In this document: one piece after another, positions 26,459-39,915 of the stretch | Numbering within the stretch: the first letter of the stretch is position 1 | Layout: each line of letters starts with the position of its first letter | Origin: Podarcis gaigeae | Lineage: Eukaryota | Strand: one strand, 5' to 3' | Length of the DNA stretch: 64,000 bases | Assembly (NCBI GenBank): GCA_964106915.2 | Contig: OZ066920.1 | Program-made: the position numbers and the translations under genes | Notes under the pieces: model-generated | Database searches by the model: none | What the model saw: only the letters and a program-made list of their open reading frames with translations | Told to the model about the DNA's origin: nothing

Positions 26459-26492
<34 letters not shown>
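26459..26492. repeat. (GT)17 microsatellite
   Basis: Read directly. Confidence 0.97.
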
Positions 26493-26494
<2 letters not shown>

Positions 26495-26519
26495 ACATAT
26501 ACACTAAATGTTTTTTCAT

Positions 26520-26630
26520 CTTGAGTTTCAGACAGTATTTTCCAGCCTTGCCTGGAGGTGCTGGGGAATGAACCAGGGCCTTTTTGCATGCAAAGAATGC
26601 ACTCTCTGACACTAAGCTTTTCCCACCCCC
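26520..26630 (-). mobile_element. Partial old tRNA-related SINE (same family as 11944 and 58836)
   Basis: CAGCCTTGCCTGGAGGTGCTGGGGAATGAACC...TGCATGCAAAG is the reverse of the family head. Confidence 0.55.
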
Positions 26631-26859
26631 TGAGCCTGGTTTGTTGTGTTTTTTTTGCTAGAATTTCCATGGACAATCTATGTGTTTTAAATTTACACAA
26701 GAGTGTTCTTGTTTAAGAACGTAAGAGTCAAAACCAAGGACCACCAAGTCTAGGGTTCTTTGCAAGTATCTCCAAAACCAGCGCACACTTCATCTGCTGG
26801 AAATTGATCAAACGTCTGTCAGTGGATCACCGTCCACCTTCTGTCAATTTCTGTGACAA

Positions 26860-27325
26860 GTGGAAGTAAAGCATTGGCATTATGGCTAGTAGCTGTTAAC
26901 CCTATTTTCAAGCCATCCACATTGGATGTCATCACTGCCTCATGTGCTAGTGAGTTCTGTAGTTTAACTCTACACTGTGTGAAGAAGTGTTTTCTTTTAT
27001 CTGTCCTGAACATTCCAACTTTCAGCTTATTTGGATGTCCATGTGTTCTAGTGCTTTGAGAGAGGGAGAAAACCTTTTGTGTATATCCCCATGCATAAGT
27101 TTGTACTATTTTATCATGTCGCCTCGTAGTCACCTCTTCTCTAAACCGAAAAGTCCCAAATGCTGCAACCTTTCTTCACTCCACCCCCTTGTTCATTTTC
27201 GTTGCCCTTTTCTGAACTGTTCCTAACTCAACAATATTTTTTTTCAGGTGAGGTAACCAGCACTGTGCACAATATTCCAAATGTGGTTGCACCACATATT
27301 TGTATAACAGCATTATGCTATTGAC
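26860..27325 (-). mobile_element. CR1 LINE ORF2 C-terminal fragment
   Basis: Translation TRTHGHPNKLKVGMFRTDKRKHFFTQCRVKLQNSL is the CR1 ORF2 end motif. Confidence 0.85.
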
Positions 27326-27364
27326 AAATGTACACTGTCCTCTGGGGTTGACTTATTGGGGTTA

Positions 27365-27800
27365 CCGTATTTTTTCGCTCCATAAGACACACCTGACCAT
27401 AAGACGCACCTAGTTTTTAGAGGAGGAAAGGGGGAAAGCCCCATTTTGGGGGGGATCAGCTCACACTTGTGCAGCTCCTTTTGCACAGGGGAAAAGCCCC
27501 TTTTTTGAGGATCAGCTTAAAGTTGTTGAGCTTTACTTTGGGGTTCAACTCGCAGTTCTGCAGCTTCTTTAGGAAAGGAAAGGAGCCGTTTCTACAGTTT
27601 CCAGACAGATCAGCCAGTCACATGTCACTGGGGAAACAAGCAGCCTCCGTCTGCAGAACATTCAACAATGGAGGCCTGGGCAAGGGGGCAGGGCCAGAAA
27701 GGAAGCCAGCGATTAACCACATATTCGTTCCATAAGACGCACAGACATTTCCCCTTACTTTTTAGGAAGAAAAATGTGTCTTATGGAGCGAAAAATACAG
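27365..27800. mobile_element. Tc2-like (TcMar) MITE
   Basis: TA|CCGTATTTTTTCGCTCCATAAGAC ... GTCTTATGGAGCGAAAAATACAG|TA; subterminal CATAAGACGCAC repeats. Confidence 0.85.
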
Positions 27801-29280
27801 TATTTCTTAAAGTATGGGCTGGCCAACTCCAGTGGTATGTTCTGCTATCGGACCTTTGACTCTCTCTGTTGCTTTCATAGCAGTGATCATGTTAACATAT
27901 GGATTTATAAACTTGGCTGTAATCTATCTGTGTTGGAGTATGCTGGGAAAAGAGAGATGGGAAAATGCAACAATCCTGAATTGTTAGACCTGCACAGATT
28001 TGTACACTTAAAACCCTGGACTCGTTTTTAGAAGCAAGTTTGGAAGGAAGTAATGAAAGCTGGATTGCCTGAAGCAGTTAAAAGATGGGCTGGCAAAGCA
28101 CTCAAGAATATAATAAAATATTAAAATATAATGGTGCCAAGGAAAGATGACTACATGTCTTTTCCACCTCTAATCTAATTCATATGTAGACTTACTTAAA
28201 GTGCACTCTACGTCTGGTGTTTTTTTTTTTTTTTGGCCTGACCGGGCATTCCTAGGTAAAAAGATTCCAGTTCATGCTTTGCCTCTGGAAGACTGAAAAT
28301 TTGCGTCATTATTTTTAAGATGACTAGACTGTTGTTATTTTTTTGTTTTGCATATTGTTTTACTTTATTGTCTTACATATTTTTATCTTGTACCCCACTC
28401 TGGAATTGATTTTAATGTAAAACAGGTAATAAGTCACATAAATAAATAAAGCCTGCAATCTTAGGTGCACTTATCTAAGCCATTGTGGCACATTGAGACT
28501 TGGTTCTGATGCCTAGACTTTTCTTTTTCACCATTGTAGGAAATTTACTGAGCATTCCTATATGGAGCTGGGAAACATCTCAAACCAGGCTGCTTGCATT
28601 CATAGAGCTGAAACCTGTGGGCAGGTTTTCTTTGCCTTCTTTTGTCCAGTACTATCTCCCTCTAAGGGGAGCATAGCAAGAATGGATCAAATGGCCTGCT
28701 CCAGTAATGGCCCCTTTTGGAACACTATTCTGTTTACTGTTGGTGAGAACACTGCAGGTGGTAACTTCTCAAATTCCCATGCCTTCAGAGGGTGCAGCAG
28801 GGCCCTCCAGTAGCAGAGCTCCTCTCTCCCCATGGGAGAACGCATCAGAGCCTGGTGGAGAGACGCCCCTGGCTAATCATAATCCTATCCAGCAGCTCTC
28901 CTTAGGGGACAAAGCTTGCACTGCTGAATTCTTTAACTGCTTGTTATTTTGCCACTTCTGACTGCAACTGAGTATCGTTATAGCTTCTCTTATTGACAAT
29001 TAAAGAAGTGATCACACATTTCAGTGCTGTTTACTTATGGTCAAAAGTATCAAATTGCTGGTACATATTATTGTTTTATTTTATATTAAGTTTTCAATTA
29101 AATTAATACACAGGAACAGTTTTATATCTGCTTTACAGAATATTTCTATAATTCAACACATTTCTTTACATTTTTGTTCCATTTTTGTAAAAGAAGATGG
29201 ACTATGGGACGCACCTCAGATAACACCCAATAGATCTTATATTATTAGGTTGATCAATAGTCTTTTTTTGTTTCGGTAAG

Positions 29281-29365
29281 ATTTACTCAGAGTAAACCCA
29301 CTGAAATGAATGAACATTACTAAGTTAAGTTCATTAATTTCAATAAGCCTACTCTGAGTAAAACA
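29281..29365. repeat. Short palindromic interspersed repeat
   Basis: TTTACTCAGAGTA...TACTCTGAGTAAA inverted ends; a related copy at about 55655-55730 shares GTTCATTAATTTCAAT and TACTCTGAGTA. Confidence 0.6.
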
Positions 29366-29486
29366 TAATTGAAGACCACTCACCAGTATTCAAAACCACT
29401 TTTCTGAGATTTATTAATAATGCCATTCTAAGAAAGTTGTGACTGTTTCTGATCATTTGTATTATGCAATTTGGGCAGAATGAGGA

Positions 29487-29490
<4 letters not shown>

Positions 29491-29542
<52 letters not shown>
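29491..29542. repeat. (GA)26 microsatellite
   Basis: Read directly. Confidence 0.97.
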
Positions 29543-29545
<3 letters not shown>

Positions 29546-32500
29546 GGAAAGACAGCAGAAGCACTATTGCAGTAAACAGTGCTTTACAACTGTAAGCAGA
29601 TAGATGGTCAAGAGTAGATTATAAAGGTTATCTGGGGCATGTCCAGTGCAGAGGGGATTGTGTTGCTGCCTGTTTAATCTCTCAACTCCTTAGAATTTTA
29701 CCTAATACTTCATAGAAAGTAGAGGTCCTTTTGATCCTGGAGCTTGAACTCAGAAAGTAATATTGAATATCGTATGAACAATTTGAAAATTACATCAAAG
29801 GTATCATTTTTTTAAAGAAATGTTTTTCGAATCTACTAATTCTAAACTTGGAAGAGACTGCAAATTACATCATTAGAGGAATAGGCAAAGATTTTTGGCA
29901 TAGCACATTAGCATCTAGAATATCCTATTACAAGAATAGGATAGAGGGTACTACACCTAAAAGGATTTATGAAAGTGCTGGTACAATATGTTCAGTTCTG
30001 AAATAAAAACAGCTGCTGCTCTGAATTTCTTGGAGAAATATTAAATAAACAATACTGCCTGGTTTTCTCTGAATTTTATTTTTATAACAAATTTGCATAA
30101 TTGATTGTAGTCCACATTACAGAATGAGGAGATCAAAATAAACAGTGGGTAAGTGCAATTAAATAGATCAGAGCAATTGGGAACACTAATAATTACACCC
30201 TATTTTACAAGATGATTAGGAAGAGGGGTGAAAAGTTGGATTTGCAAGGTCCTGTGCACTATGTAAATCACAATGCTAGCCGTTGCTCCCTTCGCATTAA
30301 TACATCCTGCAGTCAGACTGGTTGATGTGAACTTACTTTTCATATGTAAGGATTCTACATGTAGAAAGCCTTAACCATTATCAGTTTTTGCCTGGCACTT
30401 GTCTATTGCAAGCATGAGTATACAGGATCTGGATTTCAGGCTGCTTTGTCCCCCCCCCCCCCCCCCCGCAATTAGCTTTCTGTGGGCAGACTATAAAGGA
30501 TCTGTTGAAGGTCACCGGCTCCAATGATTGTCCTTTATGTAATGGTAGCTCTGCTGAGGGAGATATTAGAGTGGTGGGGGAGGAAAGGAAATAGGCAACA
30601 GCAATGGCATTTGCATTAACTTGATAGTGCAACATACACCTCATCTTGGAATCAGGCAATTCTTTGAAAGCCACTTAAAGTTCCATAATAGCCCATGGGT
30701 TTTGATTTCCTCTTTTGATGTGTGAACTTGAAGCAAAGCCACGGAACAGGAAGAACTGCAGCAAGGATGCCTGTAAAGTTGGAACTGAAAGAACAGACGC
30801 TCTATAGAGAATTCACATTTTTGCATCTGCTTCATTGAAGAGGGGAGCAGCACTCAGTATGACACACTTCCCATTGCACATCAATATGAGATCATGATTT
30901 TAACCAAACTGGATGGAGGAGGAAGGAAAATACCACGTCAATAATTTTGTTTCCGTCACACATTAAAGGGGTATAAAATGTGGTTTGCAATGTAAGACAG
31001 AATATGTAAGAAAATGGAATATACCTCATACCATTTGCCAAATTAACGTTTTCAGTGATGATTTGAAGAGAGTCAGATGTTACAGAAATTTCACTAAATG
31101 AAATGGAGATGTACCCAGACTGGATATGTTCACAGACTGACTGTGCACAGTGGACTGAGTCTACATTGAAGACTGAGTCTTCAGTTGGTGGTTGTTTTCC
31201 ATCAGAGGAAGACTCCTTTGTCTTTTTAACTACCAGCGAGTTGAGGGAAGGAGGCCCGCCCATTTGCTGGCTGGCATAGAGCCACTTCTTTGTTACCTAA
31301 ATGGCCCAGGTCTCTCTGCTTCACCAGCCTGGGAGCTGACATAGGGAAGGAGCACCCTCCCACACACACACTTTTCCTTAGCTGGTACCAGTGGTGCAGC
31401 TGTGAATGTGCTTATGGCTGCACTACTCTACCAAGCGTTTACAATCCCTAAATTGGGATGCACTTGGTCCCTTTGTTACCATCACATTGTGCTGGCCTTG
31501 CTGTTAGCACATCATGACAATAGGCTTTGTGATAAATGAAAAATACGATGTGGCAGTCCATCTTTTTGATATGCATACGGTTGAAGTTTAACATTTTATT
31601 GTTAGATAAGGGAAAAGATTCTTGTATTTAAGGATTTAACTGTAGGAGGTTTTTAAATTAGGTACCAGAAGCTTGATCTGGAAACTCCCACGAAATTCCC
31701 ACCACTTTTACTTAGCCCATGGAGATTTTGGCTACCCTCTGGACTTACGATGCAACTAGAACAAATGAGGTTATGAGACTACTTTTTCAGTGTGGCTTAA
31801 CAATCAATCCGTCTTCCCAGGGATTCTTGGAAATTATAGCTCTCCAAGGGCAATAGGATTTGTCTAACAAACTACAGTTCCCAGGATTCTTTGGGGGATT
31901 ACACCACTGTTAAAGTGGTGTAATAGTGTTTTAAATATATAATGCAGATGTGGCCCCATACTTCCTGTTATTACTGGATATTGGGAACTAGATTTCAGAG
32001 AAGTCATGTTACTAAATTGGCTGCTAAAAATATATTCCTAAGGCCTAAATGAGAACACTAGCATGTATGAAGATTGTATTTAGCATTAGCCAAAACTGTT
32101 GACTATAAATGTAGCCTAAGGTATTGATTATATATTTAGCAAAGCTATTAATTACGGTGTACTGTATTAAAGTCTAACAATGTGTAGAGCAATGTAATCA
32201 TTTAAGAGCCTAGCTGCAGAGTAGTATATAAAATAGATGAAGGACTACCAAAAAAATTGCTGTTAAAATAAGGCCTATAGCAGTTATTCTTCCCTTACCA
32301 GTGTGCTTGGATGTGATTCTGGATTGTGCTTCATATTGCATTAAGCAGTTTATTTTCTGGGTAAAATATATTTGTGAGTCTTTTATGTATGGAAGCTGAG
32401 AAATAAGTAATGGTCATCCTAGTATAAATCCCATTTGTGACCTACTCTGAATTTTCTAGCACAATATTGCAAAACATATTATGTTTCTAAATAGTATGGT

Positions 32501-33449
32501 GTTCAAAAAACACTTCTTCTCTTGGACAGGGTTTGCAACATACAGCAATAACAAATCACAGTAATCTTAAAAGCAGATTAACATTTTGAACATGCAAAGA
32601 ATAAAAATAAATTGTAGAGTATTTTGAGCATATGCTGCTGTATATGAGTGAACTGTAAATAGCTATGATGGTCAGAACACAGGGGAAATGGGATTAATTG
32701 TAATCCCACAGCATTTGAGCAGCTAAAATCATCTAATAGCCGGGGGGGGCAGAGGCAGATGTCAATTGATCATTTTGAAACTCATTCGAATATATTTTTG
32801 CTTTAGAAAAAGCAGACAGACAGGAAGAAAACTGCAACAATCTTATTTACAGCTAATGGCCAGACATTACAGATGTTTCTACTAATCTTCGCATATTTGA
32901 GTCTAAGAATATATTTACAAAAGCAAGCCTATTTGCAGTGCAATCCTATGCCCACCTACTCAAAAGTAATTCCCATTAAATTCAATGAAATTTATTCCCA
33001 GGTAATTGGGAATGCAGCCATAGTTCAATATATTGACCTGGTGTGAACAACATGGTAAGCCAATTTATGGCTTTCTGGCACTGCAAAAATGTGCAGGCTC
33101 CTGGAGATGATCTCACAAACACTTCGTTCCTCCCTGGTCCTTTTTGTTGCCATGCTCCACTGAGCAAAGGTTTAGTTTAGCTTGCCATCCAAATGTGGAC
33201 TCCTGTCTTCTCACTAACCATGAGTTTGGCTTCTCGTGTTGTGTGAACCAGGCAAATGTCACAACTCCTGAATTCTTTAGTGGACCTGCATCATGCTTTT
33301 ATTTACATACACAAACAAACACACACTATGTTTAGGGTAATTGCAAAATCCATGCAACATTGCCACTATCAGTTAGGCTCATTCAGAAGCATGTGGGCTT
33401 CTGTCCGTCACCTCCCCTCTCAACTCAAATCATGCTTATTATTACCATA

Positions 33450-33596
33450 CAGTGGCGTAGCGTGGGTTGTCAGCAGCCGGGGCAAGGCAAGTAATTTGCG
33501 CCCCCTAACCCGTGGATTTGCGCCCCCTAACCCTAACCCCCAGATGTTGCGCCTGGTGCGGCCGGCCCCCCCTGCACCCCCCACGCTACACCACTG
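33450..33596. mobile_element. hAT-type MITE containing CCCTAA units
   Basis: TIRs CAGTGGCGTAGCGTGGG / CCCACGCTACACCACTG; perfect 8-bp TSD TTACCATA. Confidence 0.9.
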
Positions 33597-33761
33597 TTAC
33601 CATATTCACAATGTACTTATTTAAGCAAAAACACAGCATTATATCCAATTAATTCCTACACATAGATGATCAATTGGAATTAATGGAACTTATTTAGCAA
33701 TATTTATTAATTTAATTTGATGCTACTCTGAGAAGCATTGGATACAGGCCTTAAATTACAA

Positions 33762-34240
33762 CAGAGGTCACCAATCGTTTTGGACCAGAGGGCAAAATTT
33801 TGAATTTTGAGAAAGTGCTGTGGGCACAAGTGAACAAAATAGCTACCATTGGAGGCAGAGCTGTTGTATTCGGCTCATTATGAGTTTGAATTGAAAGCAT
33901 AACACAAAATTAAAGTCATAGTCATTGCTGTTTCCCTATCCTGTGGGACAATACTTGCCATGCGACATTAGCTACCTCATGCTGGTCCTGACTGGGGAGT
34001 TCAAACAACTGATTTCTCCTACACGCACACCTATAACAACAGGGAGCATTATCCAGCACCAGGGAAAATATACAAAATGGCTACACCACACTCACTTTTT
34101 TGCATACAAGATACAGAGCACAGACACACATGCATCTCTCCCTCTTTTTCATAGGCCACACATTCATACATTCCTCCCTTAAACACAACACATGTCCATC
34201 TCTCCCTCTCATATATATGGGTGTCTGCAGTAAATAAAAA

Positions 34241-34278
<38 letters not shown>

Positions 34279-34466
34279 AAATGTTGAAAGGTTGGAGCAG
34301 ACTAGCAGGGAAAGCTCCTGCTACTGCAACCGTTTAGCTGAATCTGACACCAACTTTTTTTTTTTAATGAAAGCTGGGAATCTGGGGGTTGGGGTTTACT
34401 CCAGGGGCAGCACAGAAGGCTTCACAGGTGCCATGGTGCCCGCATGTGTTGGGTTGGCAATCCCTG
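33762..34466. mobile_element. Old non-autonomous hAT-like element with internal (TG)17
   Basis: CAGAGGTCACCAA / TTGGCAATCCCTG ends; shares ATTTTGAATTTTGAGA.AGTGC and CAAAATTAAAG..AGTCATTGCTG with 57802-58323; no clean TSD. Confidence 0.55.
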
Positions 34467-34659
34467 GTACAATGTTTAAACTCCTTGTTAATGTCAAAGG
34501 CTTGTGAGGGAGAGAGAGAAAAAGCTTTTCAGGCTTCAGGGGTTAAAATGTCATGACTGTACTAGAGAACTTTATGCTGATCCACTGCATTGATTCACTT
34601 TGATGACCTCTCCCTAAAACTTTGTGTTATTAATTAGGTCTCAATTGTGTGTTTCTTAG

Positions 34660-34719
34660 AGCTCCCTGAAGAGAAGAGGCAGCAGGGATATTCACAAAGA
34701 AAAGAAGGCATTTGCTCAG
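34660..34719 (+). CDS. MTCL1: MTCL1 internal exon B (20 aa, SSLKRRGSRDIHKEKKAFAQ)
   Basis: gtttcttag|AGC and CAG|gtacct; 60 nt; matches recalled human SSLKRRSTREMYKEKKTFNQ. Confidence 0.92.
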
Positions 34720-37700
34720 GTACCTGTTTCCAACCAAGTATATGTTTTACAAAGTCCACATGAAGATTGGCCGGGCAAATTGATGCTGTTCCTCTGTGTG
34801 CCCAGGCGCAGTGAGCCTGCTACCCCTAAAGTGTGGAGGATGAGAAGCAAAATAGCCACAGTACAACGATCTGGCATCAAACAAGCCACAACATTTCTTG
34901 ATTACAGGTTTACATGGGCTCAGGCTTTGGCACTGAGTACACTGAATCATCCAATCCATTTGCTGGCTGGTTACAATTTGGGGTTGATACTGAGTTAGGA
35001 TTGACTTATGTCATACATCAAATAGGAACAGCCCCTCAGGATCACCACCCTAGGGAGTTCTATGGCCCTCAGCCCCCATCTGGGCATTTGGACAGAAGGA
35101 CCTCCCTAGGATCCATTCAGTGTGACACCCTGTTAGCTTAGAGTAGGGAGAGGCTAAGACTTCTGACTCCACCCTTTGCACCCCGCTTGATTAAGGATCC
35201 CACCCAATGCTTTATCCGCCAAAAGGTGTGACGGTTGCTATGAGGTAATCAAAAAACCCAGACGGATCCAGTTTGCCTGGAGGAAAAATCCCTCACCTTG
35301 CATAGCAAAGTGTTCCCGCAGACCCACCAGAAACTCTGCCGAAAAAGGGAGAGAGGGTGGGAGATCATTATTCAATTGAGCTGCGCGCAGAAAAAGAGAA
35401 AAACCTATTTTATGTCCAAGGAGTGGACCTGAGTGAAGACCCCCCCCAACCAGGGAGACCCCAGTTGGGTCTGCCCCCCCCTCCCAAGGACATGCAGCCA
35501 AGGACATGGCCAGATTCACAGGCAGGCTAAATTTAAATCCCACGATTAGTGGGAAAGGATGGGAGTTCTCCTGCCAGTTGTTAAGGAGCCAGAGAAGAGG
35601 TGTCATGCCATGCTACAACTGACACCTCACAGGGGAAAGGTAAGCAGGATTTACAATTTTTTGAAACGCTAAAGTTGTCAGAATCTCCTTAAAATCAACT
35701 TACAATTCAGAATTGCTTGTAGTTTTTATATAATACGCACCTTTGATTCCCACCCACACCCCCGCTTCTATCATGTCTATAGACAAAAGCTGAAACTTTT
35801 CTTATGGAAAATAAAGCACCTTGTCTCAAAGTATTTGGAGCAAAGAGAGCTCAGGGACATTCACTAAATTTATCCTTGGTGCCAAGGTTTTTGTGCTAAT
35901 GAGCATCTTGGCACTTCACACATTGAAACAACACATAGTGTGTTATTCTCTCAGAGTTTGAGGCATTGTTTTTTCATGAGAGCTGAACAGCATGTGATAG
36001 CAAGATATCCGTTTCTTTCCACCGGATTAAAATAGAAAAGTTAAAGCCATCCACTTGCCTCGCTTGCATTCAATTTTTATTAAATTCCTAAAGTGTGGAT
36101 TTCCTCAGTACTCTTGGTTTAGAATTCTACTCCTATCCTGTAAAGAAACCCCACCCCCCAGTTTTTATACAATTAGTTGTTATATAGATTGGGCACATGC
36201 ATTAGATTTCCAATCAGTGGTTGTGTTTCAACTATCAAATCTCAAATTAATAAGCCTCTGTATGCACAAGTTTCATGCACCTGTATGATTAATCTGACTG
36301 TTGCCAATGGAAGCTGAAGACAATGACAGGCAGATAAAGATGCTGTGAGTCTCCATGTTACCGCTCACTGCAGACTGTATCTGGACTATATTTTCCACCT
36401 ACATTTGCCCTTTTCCAAATACAGTAAAGTTACTTTCAAACAACTGAGAGCCAGCCATACAACAGAGCTGTTAAGCAAACAGAGGCCAGAAAACCAATTT
36501 AATATTCCTAGATGAATAAAGATGTCTTAACTTGGAGCCTCAAAGCTTGTGGTGTCAATGAAGTTTTCTTTCCTCCTTGAAAGATTGACAACATGTTCCC
36601 CATTATATGATTAGCTGATGGAAAGTGGCATTTCTGTTCCTTCTATAAACACATATACTTGTCTGGATCTTAGTTCCTAAGTGTTTTTTGTCACTTACAT
36701 TAAGGTACTCAAATTTTTTGGATCAAATATTAGGTTTAAAAAATCCAATGATGTGAAAACAAAGAGAGTGTTAGCTATACTTCTCTGCATTTAGTTTTAT
36801 TGAAAAAAAAAGTTTCTGTTCAGCAGAGCTGCAGAATGGAGCTTCTTGGAAAGTGCCAGGCAGCAGTCAGGACACAAAGAAAACTGTTTCTTCAGCGCAA
36901 GGTAGGATTATTGGCACCTGCCCAATTTCCTGGGCACCAGCTATGCTGCCATCTCATCCAGCTTACAGCCCAGTAAGTGCATAGCCATATTCTGCCTGGC
37001 AAAGACCATTGAGGAGGTGATAGGAGTTGGAAGATTTGATTTTCATCCCTTTCTCTTCAGGTTTACCTACTGGTCAAAGATACAGATATATATATTTATA
37101 TTTATATACATTTTGCAGTATGAGCAAGCCCTCAATTTCATCACAGCTTCTGCGCTGCAATCCTAATTTGTTCATGTTCCTCTTTCTGCCCCCCCCCTTC
37201 ATTTTTGCATCTGGTGTACATTGCAAGCTCTTTGGCAGCTAATGTATCTGTATGTAGAACTCTCTTCAAAATGCAGAGTACACATTGAGTAAAATTAGCT
37301 GACATGCCTATACCCTGTATGTGCCCAGATTCTGTGAAGAAGACCTCATCAACATACAGAGGTTGGATGAGGAGGTGGTAATGGGCATGTTATGACCTTC
37401 TCGTGGATGCACTGACTGAATTTTGCATGAACAGTTCTAGAGTTGGGGCCAATATAAGGGGCAAAACAATGCAAACACACTTTATGCCTGGGGGGTGGGG
37501 TTGGATTAGGTAGATGTCCCCACCAGCAGCAGCTCAACCAGCCTGCCACTGTTCATCCTGCAGACCAAATGGAGCTGGGTGAGCAGTATTCCTTCTGGTG
37601 GTATTCCCACCAGCAGGGACCAATGAAACTCCAAAGCAGGGCATTCTGATGGCAAGGAAGGGATGGTGTTGATCACAGATAAGACAATAGAACAGCTTTT

Positions 37701-38541
37701 CCTGGTTTATGGCACTTATAACTAGATGGGGGTGATGGGAGTTGTAGTTCAAAATATCTGTAAGTCATCAAGTTGGAGAAGGCTGCTGTAGATGATTTCT
37801 AAGAGAAACTGGATCACACAACCAGTGGAAGTTCATATCTGATAAACAAGACTGTCTAATAGATCAGAGCAGCTAATCTGTCACTTTAAGATTGGTTCAC
37901 ATTACAGATTTATCTGGTAACAAATGAGCTAACTTTAATTTCTAATGTAGCCAATGCATGGAACTTTTATTTGCATATTCTGTGCTATAATCCTGTTATT
38001 TTCCTGCTGCTTAGCATTTAATAGCTCTGCCTTGCTACCAGAGATGGTCCTTAATTAGCATGCCGTTTGGTAATGAGCATATGCTTACTTAATATTTCTT
38101 TATGTATTTCTCACAATATTTAAGGCTCTGTGCATGAAAAAAAGGAAAATGGAAAATGCTAAATTAACCTTACCCAGATTTAACATAAGATGTCAACAAA
38201 CAATCCTAATCGTTCTAATTGAAATAAGATATATGTTGTCAACCATTTTGATTTTGTTAACTGATGTTGCCATATGTTTTTCTCTCTGCAAACATGCATA
38301 CATAACACACACACACTTATTTACATCTATCATAATTTGTTACTTTTGCACTAATTGGGATATACCATTTGAGAAGTTTTACTTAAGGAAGTTAACCTCA
38401 GACTGCAATTCTGTACACACTTACCTAGAAGTCAGTCTCACTGAACTTAACGAGGCTTATTTTTTAATAGACATGTATGTGTAGGTTTATACTATTAAGG
38501 TACAATAATTTTTAACATGCATAGGGAATCTAAGTCTAAGT

Positions 38542-38691
38542 TCTTTGGAGATCACTCATGGCTGAGTAAGATTGTCTTCCATGAATATGGTCTTAACAGT
38601 GTGTCCGTAAGTGACTATGGAGGCCAATTCTGGATCCACATGTCCTTCCACAGTTGGAACATAGGTTTCTGGGCAGGAGTTGATCACTATG
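38542..38691 (-). mobile_element. RTE-clade LINE extreme 3' end
   Basis: Minus strand reads NLCSNCGRTCGSRIGLHSHLRTH (C2H2-like RTE C-terminus); flanked by the direct repeat AGTCTAAGT (38533-38541, 38692-38700). Confidence 0.8.
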
Positions 38692-39113
38692 AGTCTAAGT
38701 GCCTTTCATATGTCTGCCTTAAATTACTATATGCTTATAGAAATCTTGAACTCCCTCTGCCAATACACTCTTTAATGGAGCAGACATCACTAGGAGATGC
38801 ATGGGAGCTACATTGCTCCCATAAATGTAATGTACAAACAGGGACTTTATTACTGAAGGTGGAAGTAAATGTCAGCTCTGCCCATGGACACCATTTTTTC
38901 CACATGTGTGTGACATCTCTCATTTTATTTTATTAGTTTTGATCAAACAGAAGCTGCAATCTTACATGTCACTGCAGACCTTCTAAAGCAGGTGTGGGGA
39001 ACCTCTGACATGTGGGACATACTGGGATTTGCTATAAGATACTTTATACTGGATTTTGTAGCAGCTGATTTTCAGTTATAAGTGGCAATAATACTGGACT
39101 CCTATAAAATCAA

Positions 39114-39466
39114 GGGACGCGGGTGACACTGTGGGTTAAACCACAGAGCCTAGGGCTTGCTGATCAGAAGGTCGGCGGTTTGAATCCCCGCAACAGGGTG
39201 AGCTCCTGTTGCTTGGTTTCTGCTCCTGCCAACCTAGCAGTTCGAAAGCATGTCAAAGTGCAAGTAGATAAATAGGTACCGTTCTGGCAGGAAGGTAAAC
39301 AGCGTTTCCATGCACTGCTCTGGTTCACCAGAAGTGGCTTAGTCATGCTAGCCACATGACCTGGAAGCTGTACGCCAGCTCCCTCAGCCAATAAAACGAG
39401 ATGAGCGCCACAACCCCAAAGTCGTCCGTGACTGGACCTAATGGCCAGGGGTACCTTTACCTTTTA
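39114..39466 (+). mobile_element. Sauria SINE, full length
   Basis: GGGACGCGGGTG head, ACCTTT tail, 13-bp TSD CCTATAAAATCAA (39101-39113, 39467-39479). Confidence 0.92.
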
Positions 39467-39851
39467 CCTATAAAATCAACAAAACTTCTATACTTATTAA
39501 GTATCACACAGTGCTGCGATGATTTATTGAACCATTTCCTACACTGGAAGATAGCCATGTACACTTCAGTGTGCATGACGGATTAAAGCCTCACATAGTG
39601 AGGGTTATGCAGCTCACAGAAAAAGTGTGTACAGAATTACACTGTTGCTTGCAAACTTTGGGCCTTCTTTGGGGTGGCATGCATAATTTTTTGTGGAAGG
39701 ACTTCTAAACTTAGAAACTAATAATTTGTTCATTTTGTAGTAGCTGAAAACATGTGCAATCTCTGAAACATTTGTATTTGTAGCTGTTATTTTTCTGAGA
39801 ATCTATAAGGTGTCAATTTTTCCACACTTAACCAGCTGTGCATTCATTGAA

Positions 39852-39912
<61 letters not shown>
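39852..39912. repeat. Compound (TG)n(GA)n microsatellite
   Basis: Read directly. Confidence 0.97.

Positions 39913-39915
<3 letters not shown>

Noticed and set aside
30450-30467. Long poly-C/poly-G runs here and elsewhere
   Set aside because: Common homopolymers with error-prone lengths; no structure beyond low complexity.
30892-31263. 123-aa antisense ORF as a nested gene
   Set aside because: No recognisable domain or exon structure; the length is compatible with chance.
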